Origin: Candidatus Woesearchaeota archaeon
GTDB lineage: Archaea; Nanobdellota; Nanobdellia; Woesearchaeales; JACPBO01
NCBI GenBank assembly: GCA_016180285.1
Contig: JACPBO010000036.1
Coordinates: 1-45,831 of the forward strand
Reading direction: 5' to 3'
Length of the DNA stretch: 45,831 nt
In this document: positions 9,877 to 19,602 of the stretch, piece by piece
Layout of the letters: every line of letters starts with the position of its first letter
How positions within the stretch are numbered: the stretch's first letter is position 1
Notes under the pieces: model-generated
What the model was told of the DNA's origin: nothing
The model's database searches: none
The model's input: the letters and a program-made list of their open reading frames with translations, nothing else
Program-made: the position numbers and the translations under genes

Positions 9877-11058
9877 ATGCTGGCAAAACGCGCACTAAAC
9901 ATTGCGCCATCTGCAACTTTGGCAATAGACGCAAAGGCAAAGCAGCTCAAAAAGAATGGCGAGGACATAGTTGTTTTCGGAGCTGGGCAGCCGGATTTTC
10001 CCACTCCCGACAATATAAAACATGCTGCAATAAAGGCAATAAATGATAATTTTACAGGCTACACTCCTTCCGGCGGGATAATTGAATTAAAGCAGGCAGT
10101 TGCTGCAAAATTGAAAAGGGACAATAATTTAACTTATGATCCTTCTGAAATACTGATAAGCTGCGGCGGAAAGCACACATTATATAATATTATGCAAGTT
10201 CTATTAAACAAGGGCGATAAAGTAATTCTTCCGACTCCTTATTGGGTGAGCTATGAAGAGCAGATTAAACTGGCAGAGGCAAAGCCTGTTTTTGTGAAAA
10301 CAGATAAAAGATTTAAGATAACAGCTGACAGAATATCCAAAAAGATAAATAAAAAAACAAAATTAATCATTTTAACCTCCCCAAGCAACCCGACAGGAGC
10401 AGTAATTGACGAGGAAGAATTAGTTAAGATTGCAGATTTAGCTGTAAAAAATAACATTTATGTGATCTCAGATGAGGTTTATGAATTTTTTATTTATGAC
10501 TGGAAAAAGCAGTTTTCAATAGCATCCTTGAATGATCAAATAAAAGCTCTTACAATAACTGTCAATGCTGTTTCAAAAACTTATTCAATGACAGGCTGGC
10601 GGATAGGCTATTGCGCAGGGCCAAAAGAAATAATAAATGCAATGGACAGTCTACAGAGCCATACAACATCAAACCCGACATCAGTTGCGCAGAAAGCAGC
10701 GTTAGAAGCTTTGAATGGGCCGCAGGATTCAGTTAAAATTATGGTTGAAGAATTCGATAAAAGAAGAAAGTACATGACTGAAAGATTGAACCAGATAAAA
10801 GGGATCAGCTGCAACCTTCCTGAAGGCGCTTTTTATTGCTTCCCGGACATAAGCAAAACAAAGTTAAGCTCGCTGGACTTTTCAAACAGATTGCTGGATG
10901 AAGCAAAGGTTGCTGTTGTGCCAGGAATTGCATTTGGATCAGACAGGCACGTAAGGCTGAGCTATGCAACTTCAATGGATGATATAAAGAAAGGAATGGA
11001 CAGGATAGGAGAATTCATTGACAAGATCTGTCAAGAACCACCAATCAGAAATGGGTGA
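9877..11058 (+). CDS. aspC: aspartate aminotransferase (class I/II PLP)
   Basis: GQPDFPTP, SPSNPTG, SDEVY, SKTYSMTGWRIGY; likely start MLAKRA. Confidence 0.92.
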   Translation: MLAKRALNIAPSATLAIDAKAKQLKKNGEDIVVFGAGQPDFPTPDNIKHAAIKAINDNFTGYTPSGGIIELKQAVAAKLKRDNNLTYDPSEILISCGGKHTLYNIMQVLLNKGDKVILPTPYWVSYEEQIKLAEAKPVFVKTDKRFKITADRISKKINKKTKLIILTSPSNPTGAVIDEEELVKIADLAVKNNIYVISDEVYEFFIYDWKKQFSIASLNDQIKALTITVNAVSKTYSMTGWRIGYCAGPKEIINAMDSLQSHTTSNPTSVAQKAALEALNGPQDSVKIMVEEFDKRRKYMTERLNQIKGISCNLPEGAFYCFPDISKTKLSSLDFSNRLLDEAKVAVVPGIAFGSDRHVRLSYATSMDDIKKGMDRIGEFIDKICQEPPIRNG

Positions 11059-11184
11059 AATGTTGCTACGATCATTGCATCAGGTGGTTCTTGAGCATGC
11101 TCGGAATTTTCCTGAAGCCAATGCACAAACGCACACCACCAGTCATAAACTGGATGGAAAATTCCGACATTTTAACGAGGAAAT

Positions 11185-12426
11185 ATGCCCAAAATCTATA
11201 TAATTGACGTAACCAACAGGGATGGAGTGCAAACTTCAAGAATATGCCTGTCAAAGCTGCAAAAAACCATGATTAACCTTTATCTGAATGAGATGGGCGT
11301 ATTTCAAAGCGAGTTTGGATTTCCCATAACGCATCACGAAACAAATTACCTCAACGCCAATTTGGAATTGGCCAAAGCAGGCATTTTATCCCCAATTCGC
11401 CTTAGCGGCTGGATCAGGGCAATTGAAGAGGACGTAAAATTAGCATTCAAATTGGTTCCCAAGATACAGCATCTTAATCTTTCAATCTCAACTTCAGACC
11501 AAATGATACTGCATAAATTCAAGGGAAAATTAGATCGCGGCTCAATAATAAAAGAAATGACGAATGCAGCAAAAATGGCCAAAAAGTTAGGCGCGAAAAC
11601 TGTCGGGGTTAATGCTGAAGATGCGTCGCGGACAAATATGGATTACCTTCTTTCTTTTGCTTTGGCAGCGAAAGAAGCAGGGGCGGATAGATTTCGATAT
11701 TGCGATACATTGGGGTTTGACAGCCCTTTTACAATATACGAACGAATTAAGAAACTCGCTGAAGCCATAAAAATACCCATTGAAATCCATTGCCACAATG
11801 ATTTAGGGATGGCAGCGGCAAATTCCGCAGCAGGGGCAATGGCGGCAAACGATGCAGGCGTTGATGCTTATGTAAATACCTGCGTAAATGGAATAGGGGA
11901 ACGGGCAGGCAATGCAGATTTGATATCCGTTATATTGGCGCTGAAATATGGAAGCGGGCTAATGGGCAGATATATTCTGGATGAAAGGATTAATCTAAAA
12001 GTTGCTTGGAAGCTCTGCAAATATGCTTCTTATGCCTTTGGTGTGCCTATACCTATAAATCAGCCAGGCATAGGTGCGAATGCCTTTGCTCACGAATCAG
12101 GCATTCATGCAGATGGCGCTTTAAAAGACAGGCGTAATTATGAGCTCTATGACTTTGAAGCATTAGGTAGAGGCGAACCAGAGATCATTGAAACAGGAAG
12201 GGAGATTACTGTAGGCGAATATTCGGGAATAAAGGGGTTCAGAAACGTTTATGATAAATTAGAGATTACTTTTAAAGATGATGCAGAAGCAGCTAATATC
12301 TTGGAATTAGCAAGATATGCCAATGTGCATAACCAGAAGCCTCTGGTGGAAGAAGAGCTCAGGTTTATTGCCAACCACCCAGATATTGCTCGGAAAATCA
12401 TGATCGTGTCGCCGCCAAAGCAATAA
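11185..12426 (+). CDS. homocitrate synthase / LeuA-NifV (DRE-TIM) family enzyme
   Basis: DVTNRDGVQT, HCHNDLG, GIGERAGNA, FAHESGIHADG. Confidence 0.85.
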   Translation: MPKIYIIDVTNRDGVQTSRICLSKLQKTMINLYLNEMGVFQSEFGFPITHHETNYLNANLELAKAGILSPIRLSGWIRAIEEDVKLAFKLVPKIQHLNLSISTSDQMILHKFKGKLDRGSIIKEMTNAAKMAKKLGAKTVGVNAEDASRTNMDYLLSFALAAKEAGADRFRYCDTLGFDSPFTIYERIKKLAEAIKIPIEIHCHNDLGMAAANSAAGAMAANDAGVDAYVNTCVNGIGERAGNADLISVILALKYGSGLMGRYILDERINLKVAWKLCKYASYAFGVPIPINQPGIGANAFAHESGIHADGALKDRRNYELYDFEALGRGEPEIIETGREITVGEYSGIKGFRNVYDKLEITFKDDAEAANILELARYANVHNQKPLVEEELRFIANHPDIARKIMIVSPPKQ

Positions 12427-12479
12427 AGCGCCAAAGATCATTTCGTGATTAACCATTCTAACTTTTCCTTGTTTCAGTT

Positions 12480-12713
12480 TTATTCCTTTCCTGTTACCTC
12501 TCTCATAGCCTGCTCAATTTTCGCGCTCATGTTATAGCCTTTTTCCCTGCAAAATTTCTTGAATCTTGAAGCTATTGACTTATCCACTGTAAAATTGAGC
12601 CTTGTTTTTGTTCTTATTCTCTTTGTTTTTTCAAATTCCTGCAGAGTTTCAAATAATGCGGAGTCTTTCTTTGCGATTTCATCCGCAATTTTCAAAAATT
12701 TATTTGATCGCAT
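12480..12713 (-). CDS. putative antitoxin with ribbon-helix-helix-like C-terminus
   Basis: RLNFTVD...FKKFC..KGYNMSAKIE; overlaps the Fic/Doc gene. Confidence 0.6.
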   Translation of the reverse strand: MRSNKFLKIADEIAKKDSALFETLQEFEKTKRIRTKTRLNFTVDKSIASRFKKFCREKGYNMSAKIEQAMREVTGKE

Positions 12714-13041
12714 CTTTTATCATCTCCTCGATTTTTACAATGCCCGATATATTTTTTAAGAGCATTTCTTTGATTAGCTTTGCAATTTTATCATCATAAG
12801 TTTCATAGCCTTCATACTCTGCATAGCTTTTTATCAGCAACGCAGTTGTCCTTTTGTTTCCTTCCTCAAAGACATGGTCAATCAGTATTGCCCTCGCCAG
12901 CCAAGCCAATGCCTTTGTCCAATTCTCATTTTTTCTGGAATAACTCAATGCAAAATCCAAACTGGCTTCATTATGAAAAGCGCCATCTGCAAATTTCTGG
13001 TTCAATGCAACAATATCTTTTTTAGTCAGTATAAACTTCAT
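12700..13041 (-). CDS. Fic/Doc family protein
   Basis: HVFEEGNKRT Fic/Doc motif. Confidence 0.85.
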   Translation of the reverse strand: MKFILTKKDIVALNQKFADGAFHNEASLDFALSYSRKNENWTKALAWLARAILIDHVFEEGNKRTTALLIKSYAEYEGYETYDDKIAKLIKEMLLKNISGIVKIEEMIKDAIK

Positions 13042-13099
13042 TTTAGATACTTATTTATACATATAAATGTGTATTGATATTTAAAGCTTTTGGTTTTTT

Positions 13100-13168
13100 C
13101 CTTTGTCAGCAACAAGAATGATCGGATAGTGCTTCAGCAGATCGCTGACAAGCGTCATTGATGAATTT
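13100..13168. repeat. 69-bp perfect direct repeat, copy 1 (copy 2 at 14186-14254 inside the HTH-CBS gene)
   Basis: Identical sequence CCTTTGTCAGC...GATGAATTT. Confidence 0.95.
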
Positions 13169-13194
13169 CCTTGAATTACAATTAACATTACATT

Positions 13195-14004
13195 CTAGAA
13201 AGCATTAACAGAATAATTTGCAATTCCAAAATATTGTTTAAATCCAATTGCAACTTCGCTTGTCATTGTTTCGTCAAGTTCAAAATGAGACCATATAATG
13301 GGAATCTTTTTCTCATAATCTGAGAAAATGTTAAATAAGCTCTGAATGAATTTCTGTTTTGCGTCTTCGGGGTTTTTCACATCATCTCTTCCAACACAGT
13401 GCTGAAATAGATTGGTCATATTAGCAAATGATATATCTAATTTCCTTTTTTCTAAGATCCTGCCAACCGCATGCGTATACTCTAAATTCATTAAATCACC
13501 TTCACATAGAACAATGGTGCTTTTTTTTAATTTATCTTGAACTACACTAAATCTCTCTTCACCAGCCATATAATGATATCTGCCTAAGCTTTCTATTTCT
13601 TTATTAAAATGTATTTCTGTATTATTAACACTTTCTAAAAAATTATCCTTGATGACTCTTCGAGTATAATCTTTTAAGTTTGGTTCGCATCTTATCGCTT
13701 CTATATTATAAGCCATCCACTCAAGAATAAATTTATTCTTATCAAAAACAAACCATGTTTCAAAAGGCATCTCAGGGCAGATAGACATTAATCCTCCTGT
13801 ACCTACAACCATTCCCGCCTTATTTTCATAATTAGCTTCATTAGAAAATAATTTCTTCACTTCATCTAATACACCCGCCATATTGTCATCATTACTAAAA
13901 ACAAAAGATGTATTTCTTTCACTAGAGCTCTCTTTAATCTCAATCCTATTAAATTCTTCTTGTAAATCCCTTTCTAGTGTAGATGAAGTAATTCCCCCAA
14001 TCAT
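13195..14004 (-). CDS. hypothetical protein (AT-rich orphan)
   Basis: 269-aa ORF with its own TTTATAAA box. Confidence 0.7.
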   Translation of the reverse strand: MIGGITSSTLERDLQEEFNRIEIKESSSERNTSFVFSNDDNMAGVLDEVKKLFSNEANYENKAGMVVGTGGLMSICPEMPFETWFVFDKNKFILEWMAYNIEAIRCEPNLKDYTRRVIKDNFLESVNNTEIHFNKEIESLGRYHYMAGEERFSVVQDKLKKSTIVLCEGDLMNLEYTHAVGRILEKRKLDISFANMTNLFQHCVGRDDVKNPEDAKQKFIQSLFNIFSDYEKKIPIIWSHFELDETMTSEVAIGFKQYFGIANYSVNAF

Positions 14005-14136
14005 CTGAAATGAGAATATTATCTGTTTTATAAAGATTACCTTTTCAATAACTGACTAGTGATGATCATCATTTCTCGTCAGTCCTACTTTCTTTGACTT
14101 TTTCATTGCTTTGCAGCAAAATATACTAACAACCCT

Positions 14137-14656
14137 CTAAACTTTCTTCAGCAAATCCGCCTTTGTTATTAATCCTTCTAATTTCCCTTTGTCAGCAACA
14201 AGAATGATCGGATAGTGCTTCAGCAGATCGCTGACAAGCGTCATTGATGAATTTTTGGATATTATCGGCGGAGTCTCTTCCATTCGATGCGATGTCCTTG
14301 CCTATGTTGTTTATTATTGTCGCTTCAGATATGATGCCAACAACATTGCTTCTTTCAACTACAGGAACCTGCGATATAGCATGCTTCCTCATCAGTTTTA
14401 TTGCGCTGTCAACCTTGTCATTCGGCTTTAGGGAAATTATCTTTTTGATCATGAGCTGCTCTGCCTTTGGCTCTTTTTCCTCTTTAAAAGAAGCCAGAAC
14501 TTCAAAAAGCTTCTTTGTTTTTGTGTAAGACGGCTCTATTAATCTTGCTTCAAGCTTTGCAATAAAGCTCTGCGAAACATTAGCTAATTTAGCAAGGTCT
14601 GACTGCGTTATCCCGAGCTTCCTTCTTAATATTTTGATTTCTTCTAATTCAGGCAT
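14137..14656 (-). pseudogene. XRE-HTH + CBS-pair transcriptional regulator, frameshifted near 14284
   Basis: HTH (LGITQSDLAKLANVSQSFIAKLE) and CBS1 in one frame; CBS2 (MEETPPII...LEGLITKADLLKKV*) continues in another frame to a stop at 14137. Confidence 0.8.
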
Positions 14657-14790
14657 TTTTTAATGGGTAAGAAATAAGAGATATATAAATTTATTCTTAT
14701 GGAAATGCTAAATAAATTTTTACTTTTAAATAGTTACAATAGAAAGATTTATAAACTGCTTTTCATTATGTCCTTTAAGGGTAAATTAAA

Positions 14791-15555
14791 ATGAGATTAT
14801 TGGGTATACTGGGGCTAAGAGAAAGTACAGCTAAAAACAAGCCTGAAGAGGAAAAATACAGCCGTGCAATGGAAGTAGCTGAATTAATAATTGACTCATA
14901 TCCAGAAATAGACAGGACCAAAAGGGATGTTTGGGACCATGGGAAAGATGATCGCAAAATAGTTAATAAAGACGGAAGCGTAACTTATTTGGGTTGGAAT
15001 GATGATGCAGTAGTTTGTATCAGCAAAAATAGCAGTAGTTGGTACGGTATTGATTGCCACATTATGGCAAGAGATAAAAAAGAAAGAAATAATTGGGACA
15101 GATATAGCATTTCAGCAACCATTGATTATAGGGGTGTTAACCAGAACTTTATAGAAGAAGAATTAAGAAAAAGCGGTGTTTCAGACAAAAGGAATCTTGG
15201 CCATATAGACATTGATGTTTATAAACTTGGTCAGAATGAGTTCGGAATGTATGATGTAGAAGGACGGGCTTTAATGGATTTGCTTCATGTGACGCTGGCA
15301 CGTGAAATTGCCCCAAAGTACGGCATTAAAATGAAGATTGGCGGCGGTTGTTGCGGCAATAAAGAACGTGTAGAATTTAGCGTGCATAATCTGCAGGAAA
15401 ATAACATAAATAACCTTGTTGAAGCAGTTAAAAGGTACAATTTCCTTATTTCTCTGCCGGAATTTAAAAATATTAAAGAGGCAAATCTGCAAAGAATTGA
15501 GTCTGAATTGCGGGATTTAGCAATAATCAGTAAAAATCATCATTCTGCCCATTAA
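14791..15555 (+). CDS. hypothetical protein (orphan)
   Basis: 254-aa ORF, TTTATAAA box upstream. Confidence 0.7.
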   Translation: MRLLGILGLRESTAKNKPEEEKYSRAMEVAELIIDSYPEIDRTKRDVWDHGKDDRKIVNKDGSVTYLGWNDDAVVCISKNSSSWYGIDCHIMARDKKERNNWDRYSISATIDYRGVNQNFIEEELRKSGVSDKRNLGHIDIDVYKLGQNEFGMYDVEGRALMDLLHVTLAREIAPKYGIKMKIGGGCCGNKERVEFSVHNLQENNINNLVEAVKRYNFLISLPEFKNIKEANLQRIESELRDLAIISKNHHSAH

Positions 15556-15569
15556 GAAATGTTCTCAAA

Positions 15570-15587
15570 ATATTCCTATTGGAATAT
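15570..15587. promoter_or_regulatory. palindromic operator candidate upstream of the metK TATA box
   Basis: ATATTCC-TATT-GGAATAT; related ATTCTTATGGAAAT at 14693-14706. Confidence 0.45.
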
Positions 15588-15713
15588 TTTTTTCAGCAAT
15601 ATTTATAAATAAGAAGCTGGTAAAGGGAGTATGGGCATTTATTTAAGGGTGGAATCATATGCATAGTTATTTTCTTTATAATATGAATTATACAAAAATG
15701 AGGAGGAATTAAC

Positions 15714-16928
15714 ATGGCAAAAACATATTTTGTAACAAGCGAAAGCGTGACAGAGGGCCACCCAGATAAAATCGCAGATCAAATAAGCGACGCAATAGTC
15801 GACAACCTGTTTGCGCAGGACCCGATGTCAAGAGTGGCAGTTGAAACAATGACAACTACAGGATTGGTGATGTGCGCTGGCGAAGTCACAACAAGGGGAT
15901 ATGCGGATGTGCAGAAGATTGTAAGAAGCACATTGAAGGATATTGGATACACAGACCCTCAGTTTGGAATTGATTTTGAAGATGCAGGCGTATTGGTTTC
16001 AATCCATGGGCAGAGCGCGAATATTTCTCAGGGTGTAACAGAGGCAGCAGGCCATGAGCAGGGAGCAGGCGATCAGGGAATGATGTATGGATTTGCATGC
16101 AATGAAACACCTGAACTGATGCCTCTGCCGATAATTCTGGCTCATAAGCTTACAAGAAGAATGGCTGAAGCAAGGAAAAAGGGCGAGATAAAGCACATAG
16201 GGCCAGACGGTAAATCGCAGGTAAGTGTTGAATATGAAGATGGAAAGCCAAAAAGAATAGACGCAATTGTTATTGCGCAGCAGCATAAAAAAGACATTTC
16301 AGAGGATGATCTGAAGAGGGAAATCCTCGAAAAAGTAGTAAAGCCTGTATGCAGCTATATGATGGACGCCAAAACAAAAATCCATATCAATGCAACAGGC
16401 GCATTCGTGATTGGAGGCCCTGAAGGCGATACAGGAGTTACAGGAAGAAAGATCATTGTTGATTCTTACGGCGGAGTTGGAAGGCATGGAGGAGGCTGCT
16501 TCTCCGGTAAAGATCCAACAAAAGTTGACAGAAGCGGAGCTTATGTCTGCAGGTATGTTGCAAAGAACATTGTTGCAGCAGGCTTAGCTGACAAGTGCGA
16601 AGTAGCTGTAAGCTATGCAATAGGAGTTGCAGAGCCCACTTCTGTGAATGTTGACTGCTTTAGCACAAACAAGATTCCTGAAGAAAAAATAAATGAGTTT
16701 GTAAGGAAGCATTTTAACTTAAAGCCTAGAGGCATAATTGACAGCTTAAAGCTGAGAAACCCGATCTACAGGGAAACAGCGAATTACGGCCATTTCGGAA
16801 GAGAACCTGCTGTGAAGGATGTGAAGATTGACATCAATGGAAGAACAACTGTGTTTGAGAACATTGAGTTCTTCACATGGGAGAAAACTGACAAGGCTGA
16901 GATATTGAAGAAAGAGGCTGGACTGTAG
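15714..16928 (+). CDS. metK: S-adenosylmethionine synthetase, bacterial-type
   Basis: [45 protein letters not shown]. Confidence 0.96.
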   Translation: MAKTYFVTSESVTEGHPDKIADQISDAIVDNLFAQDPMSRVAVETMTTTGLVMCAGEVTTRGYADVQKIVRSTLKDIGYTDPQFGIDFEDAGVLVSIHGQSANISQGVTEAAGHEQGAGDQGMMYGFACNETPELMPLPIILAHKLTRRMAEARKKGEIKHIGPDGKSQVSVEYEDGKPKRIDAIVIAQQHKKDISEDDLKREILEKVVKPVCSYMMDAKTKIHINATGAFVIGGPEGDTGVTGRKIIVDSYGGVGRHGGGCFSGKDPTKVDRSGAYVCRYVAKNIVAAGLADKCEVAVSYAIGVAEPTSVNVDCFSTNKIPEEKINEFVRKHFNLKPRGIIDSLKLRNPIYRETANYGHFGREPAVKDVKIDINGRTTVFENIEFFTWEKTDKAEILKKEAGL

Positions 16929-16946
16929 ATTTATTTTAAGAGTGCA

Positions 16947-17660
16947 TTATTTTATTTTTTCTTTTTTTGTAAAGTCTTCAACTTTAACTATATTGCCTGC
17001 TTTTATCCTTTCTTCCATCATCTTTTCTCCGATCTTCATGGTTTTCCTGATAACGTCTTCAGGAATTTCGACTTTGAAGTCATTCTTTAATTCATATAAA
17101 AAATCAAACAAATAAACCGGGAAAATGTAATCTCCTATTTCGGTCTGGTGTATGCTTTCCTCTATTATGACATTCCAATCGATATTGAACTTTTCTATTA
17201 ATGATGCAGCATCATTCCTGTCTTTCTCCCTTTCAGTTGCGCATTTGAGCATTATTATGTCTTCAGGCGAAATTATTTTTACAATTAAATTGCCAAATTC
17301 ATGGGCTTCTTTGACTCTGCTTGATATTGAATCAGATATTTTTAAGCTTATAACTTCGTTCAGAAACAAATCAAATCTTGTATCTCTGCCTTCCATCATC
17401 ACTGGCTTGTTCTTGGCAATTTCGTAATGAGGGAATATGATTTTTACATTCTTTTTTTCATCAAAGCCAAGCTCAAACAGCGCATTTTTTACTGAATCAA
17501 ATGGTTTTTTATTTAAAAAAACCAAATCTACATCTTTTGTTTCTGTTTTTGCTCCGTAAAACATCATTGCAGAGCCGCCAATAGCCAGACATTCTGCTTT
17601 TTCATCCAGCTTTGCTCCCAGAAGATTGAATAATTCGTTTTGCCCAGTTATGCTGATCAT
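16947..17660 (-). CDS. nucleotidyltransferase (AbiEii/DUF6036-like), putative toxin
   Basis: IGGSAM...TKDVDLV, and SPEDII.LK...REKD..D. Confidence 0.75.
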   Translation of the reverse strand: MISITGQNELFNLLGAKLDEKAECLAIGGSAMMFYGAKTETKDVDLVFLNKKPFDSVKNALFELGFDEKKNVKIIFPHYEIAKNKPVMMEGRDTRFDLFLNEVISLKISDSISSRVKEAHEFGNLIVKIISPEDIIMLKCATEREKDRNDAASLIEKFNIDWNVIIEESIHQTEIGDYIFPVYLFDFLYELKNDFKVEIPEDVIRKTMKIGEKMMEERIKAGNIVKVEDFTKKEKIK

Positions 17661-18283
17661 TCCTTATACACCTCTAAATCCGCTTTATTGAAAGGTATAA
17701 AAACATTCCATTCTTTTTCTATGTCCTTGAAATCTAATGACCTTGTCCCTTTTATTATGCGCTTGTCTTTAGTTTTTCCTTTCAGCAGCGCTTTTCTTGT
17801 TCTCTCATCCATCTTTTTCACTCTGATTGTTCTTCTTGCAATATCATATAATGCCCCTATTTTTCTTGTTATCTGCTCTTTTTTTGCAAATTCCAGCAAT
17901 CTTGGCCAGCTCTTTATTTTATTGAACAAGCCCAAGGCAGCCAAAATGGTCCTGAAATCACTCTCTTTAACTGCCCTTACTATTGCTTCTTCAACTGTAA
18001 GCTCATGATCATGAATTTTGTGTATTTCTTTTGCGAATAATTTGACTTTTGAATTCTCGTTTATTATATCATACAGGCCTTTGAATCCAGTTTCAGGCTT
18101 TTTTATTGTTCTGATCCTGTACATTCTTATTTTCCTTCTCCCATAGCCTGTTTCTACAAGGCCTTCTTTCCTTAGTTTCCAGATCGTGTTTATGGCGGTT
18201 CTTCTGGATACACCTAGCCTTTTGGCTGCTGTGCCTATTGTCTGCAGCCCTTCAAGCATTTTTGCTGTTTTGTTTAGATCCAT
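17657..18283 (-). CDS. HTH protein, putative cognate antitoxin/regulator
   Basis: N-terminal wHTH (AAKRLGVSRRTAINTIWKLRKEGLV); 4-nt overlap with the NTase gene. Confidence 0.7.
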   Translation of the reverse strand: MDLNKTAKMLEGLQTIGTAAKRLGVSRRTAINTIWKLRKEGLVETGYGRRKIRMYRIRTIKKPETGFKGLYDIINENSKVKLFAKEIHKIHDHELTVEEAIVRAVKESDFRTILAALGLFNKIKSWPRLLEFAKKEQITRKIGALYDIARRTIRVKKMDERTRKALLKGKTKDKRIIKGTRSLDFKDIEKEWNVFIPFNKADLEVYKE

Positions 18284-18284
18284 T

Positions 18285-18317
18285 TACATCACTTTTTATA
18301 TTATTTTTAGTGATGTA
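18285..18317. promoter_or_regulatory. inverted-repeat operator in the HTH/NTase promoter
   Basis: TACATCACT-N15-AGTGATGTA, between the TATA box and the start codon. Confidence 0.6.
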
Positions 18318-18355
18318 TAAGAAGTAATATTTAAAGGTTACTATTTTTCAATGAA

Positions 18356-18402
18356 GAGAAGACTAACAAGGCAGAGATATTGAATAAAGAGGCCTGCTGT
18401 AA
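18356..18402 (+). repeat. diverged copy of the metK 3' end (16881-16928)
   Basis: 34/38 identity over the first 38 nt; EKTNKAEILNKEA vs [13 protein letters not shown]. Confidence 0.85.
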
Positions 18403-18509
18403 GTTTGGATTTCTTATTTTTTATAAAAGCTTAGGTAAAATACCCGCAACCTTAGCTATGAGATGAATGCCGTGCCTCTTTCCAGTATTTCTACAAGAGG
18501 AGAAGCATT

Positions 18510-19597
18510 TCATGATTTTTTGGCCAGTCTGTTAATCTCCTTTGTTGAAATCTCATTAGGGAAAATATCCTCAATTTCAACAGCTAATTTCTTTCTTAGC
18601 GTATATGTGTTTGCATGTTTTGCATAAGCAAACCAGCCTTCAAAGAAGTCATAAATGCCATCATAATCTATTTTTTTGTCTTTGTAGGCTTGCTTTAGTA
18701 TTTCAAAATTCGCCATCATCTTTCTTAAATTAGATTTTTTCAATAACTTGTGATAATAAAAAATCCTAAAACCGAGGAATGTCAATCTATTTCTTAAAAG
18801 TATTATCTTTGATTTATCGGGATGAAGTTTAATATTCAGTCTTTGCTTTAGAAATTTGTTGATTCTGTCTTTATAGTTCAGTAAATCATCTTTGTTTGAC
18901 TGCAATATAACAAAATCATCAACATAGCGAATGTAATATTCTGCTTTTAGCTCAGATTTAACAAACCAGTCTAACTGGTTAAGATAAACATTTGCAAAAA
19001 ACTGAGATGTTAAATTTCCAAGAGGCATTCCTTTTTCCGTTCGCCCCCCCCCCCCGCAATGCAGTTGTTAAGTATTTTTTGTATTAGCCAAATGACTCTT
19101 TCATCCTTTATCTTCTTTTGGATTATATTTAATAGAATATTATGATCAACTGTTTCAAAGTATTTCTTTATATCTGCCTTAAGCACATAACAGTTTCTTG
19201 TGTTATTCTTGCTTGCCTTTCTTTTGAAATAATCAAACCTTTGCAATGCTTTTAGTGCTCCTTTATTGGTTCTGTTGGCATAAGAATCTTGAATAAAGCT
19301 TTTGTCAAATATGGGCTCTATTATATTGCATAAAGCATGATGCATCACCCTATCCCTAAAATCTGATTTTGAGATTTTTCTTGTTTTTGGGTCTCTAACT
19401 ATGAAGTTTACTAAAGGCTTGGGTTGGTAGCAATGCAGTAATAATTCAGTTTGTAATTGATTGAGGTTTTCCTTTAAGTTTTTTTCAAAATCAATTACAT
19501 AGTCTTTTGTTGTTTTGTGTTTTCTTGCCGTTTTATAAGCACATTCTAAATTTTCATAAGAACAAACATGTTTATACAGGTTGCCATATCGTTTCAT
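18510..19597 (-). CDS. DGR reverse transcriptase, frameshifted at a G12 tract (19044-19055)
   Basis: FRDRVMHHAL, LKADIKKYF in one frame; GMPLGNLTSQFFAN.YL, YIRYVDDF, FLGF in another; G10 or G13 would join them (~362 aa). Confidence 0.93.
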
Positions 19598-19602
19598 AGT
19601 AA

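Noticed and set aside
18420..18500. Possible degenerate IS200/IS605 end downstream of the RT
   Set aside because: Only a vague resemblance, and no tnpA/tnpB in the window
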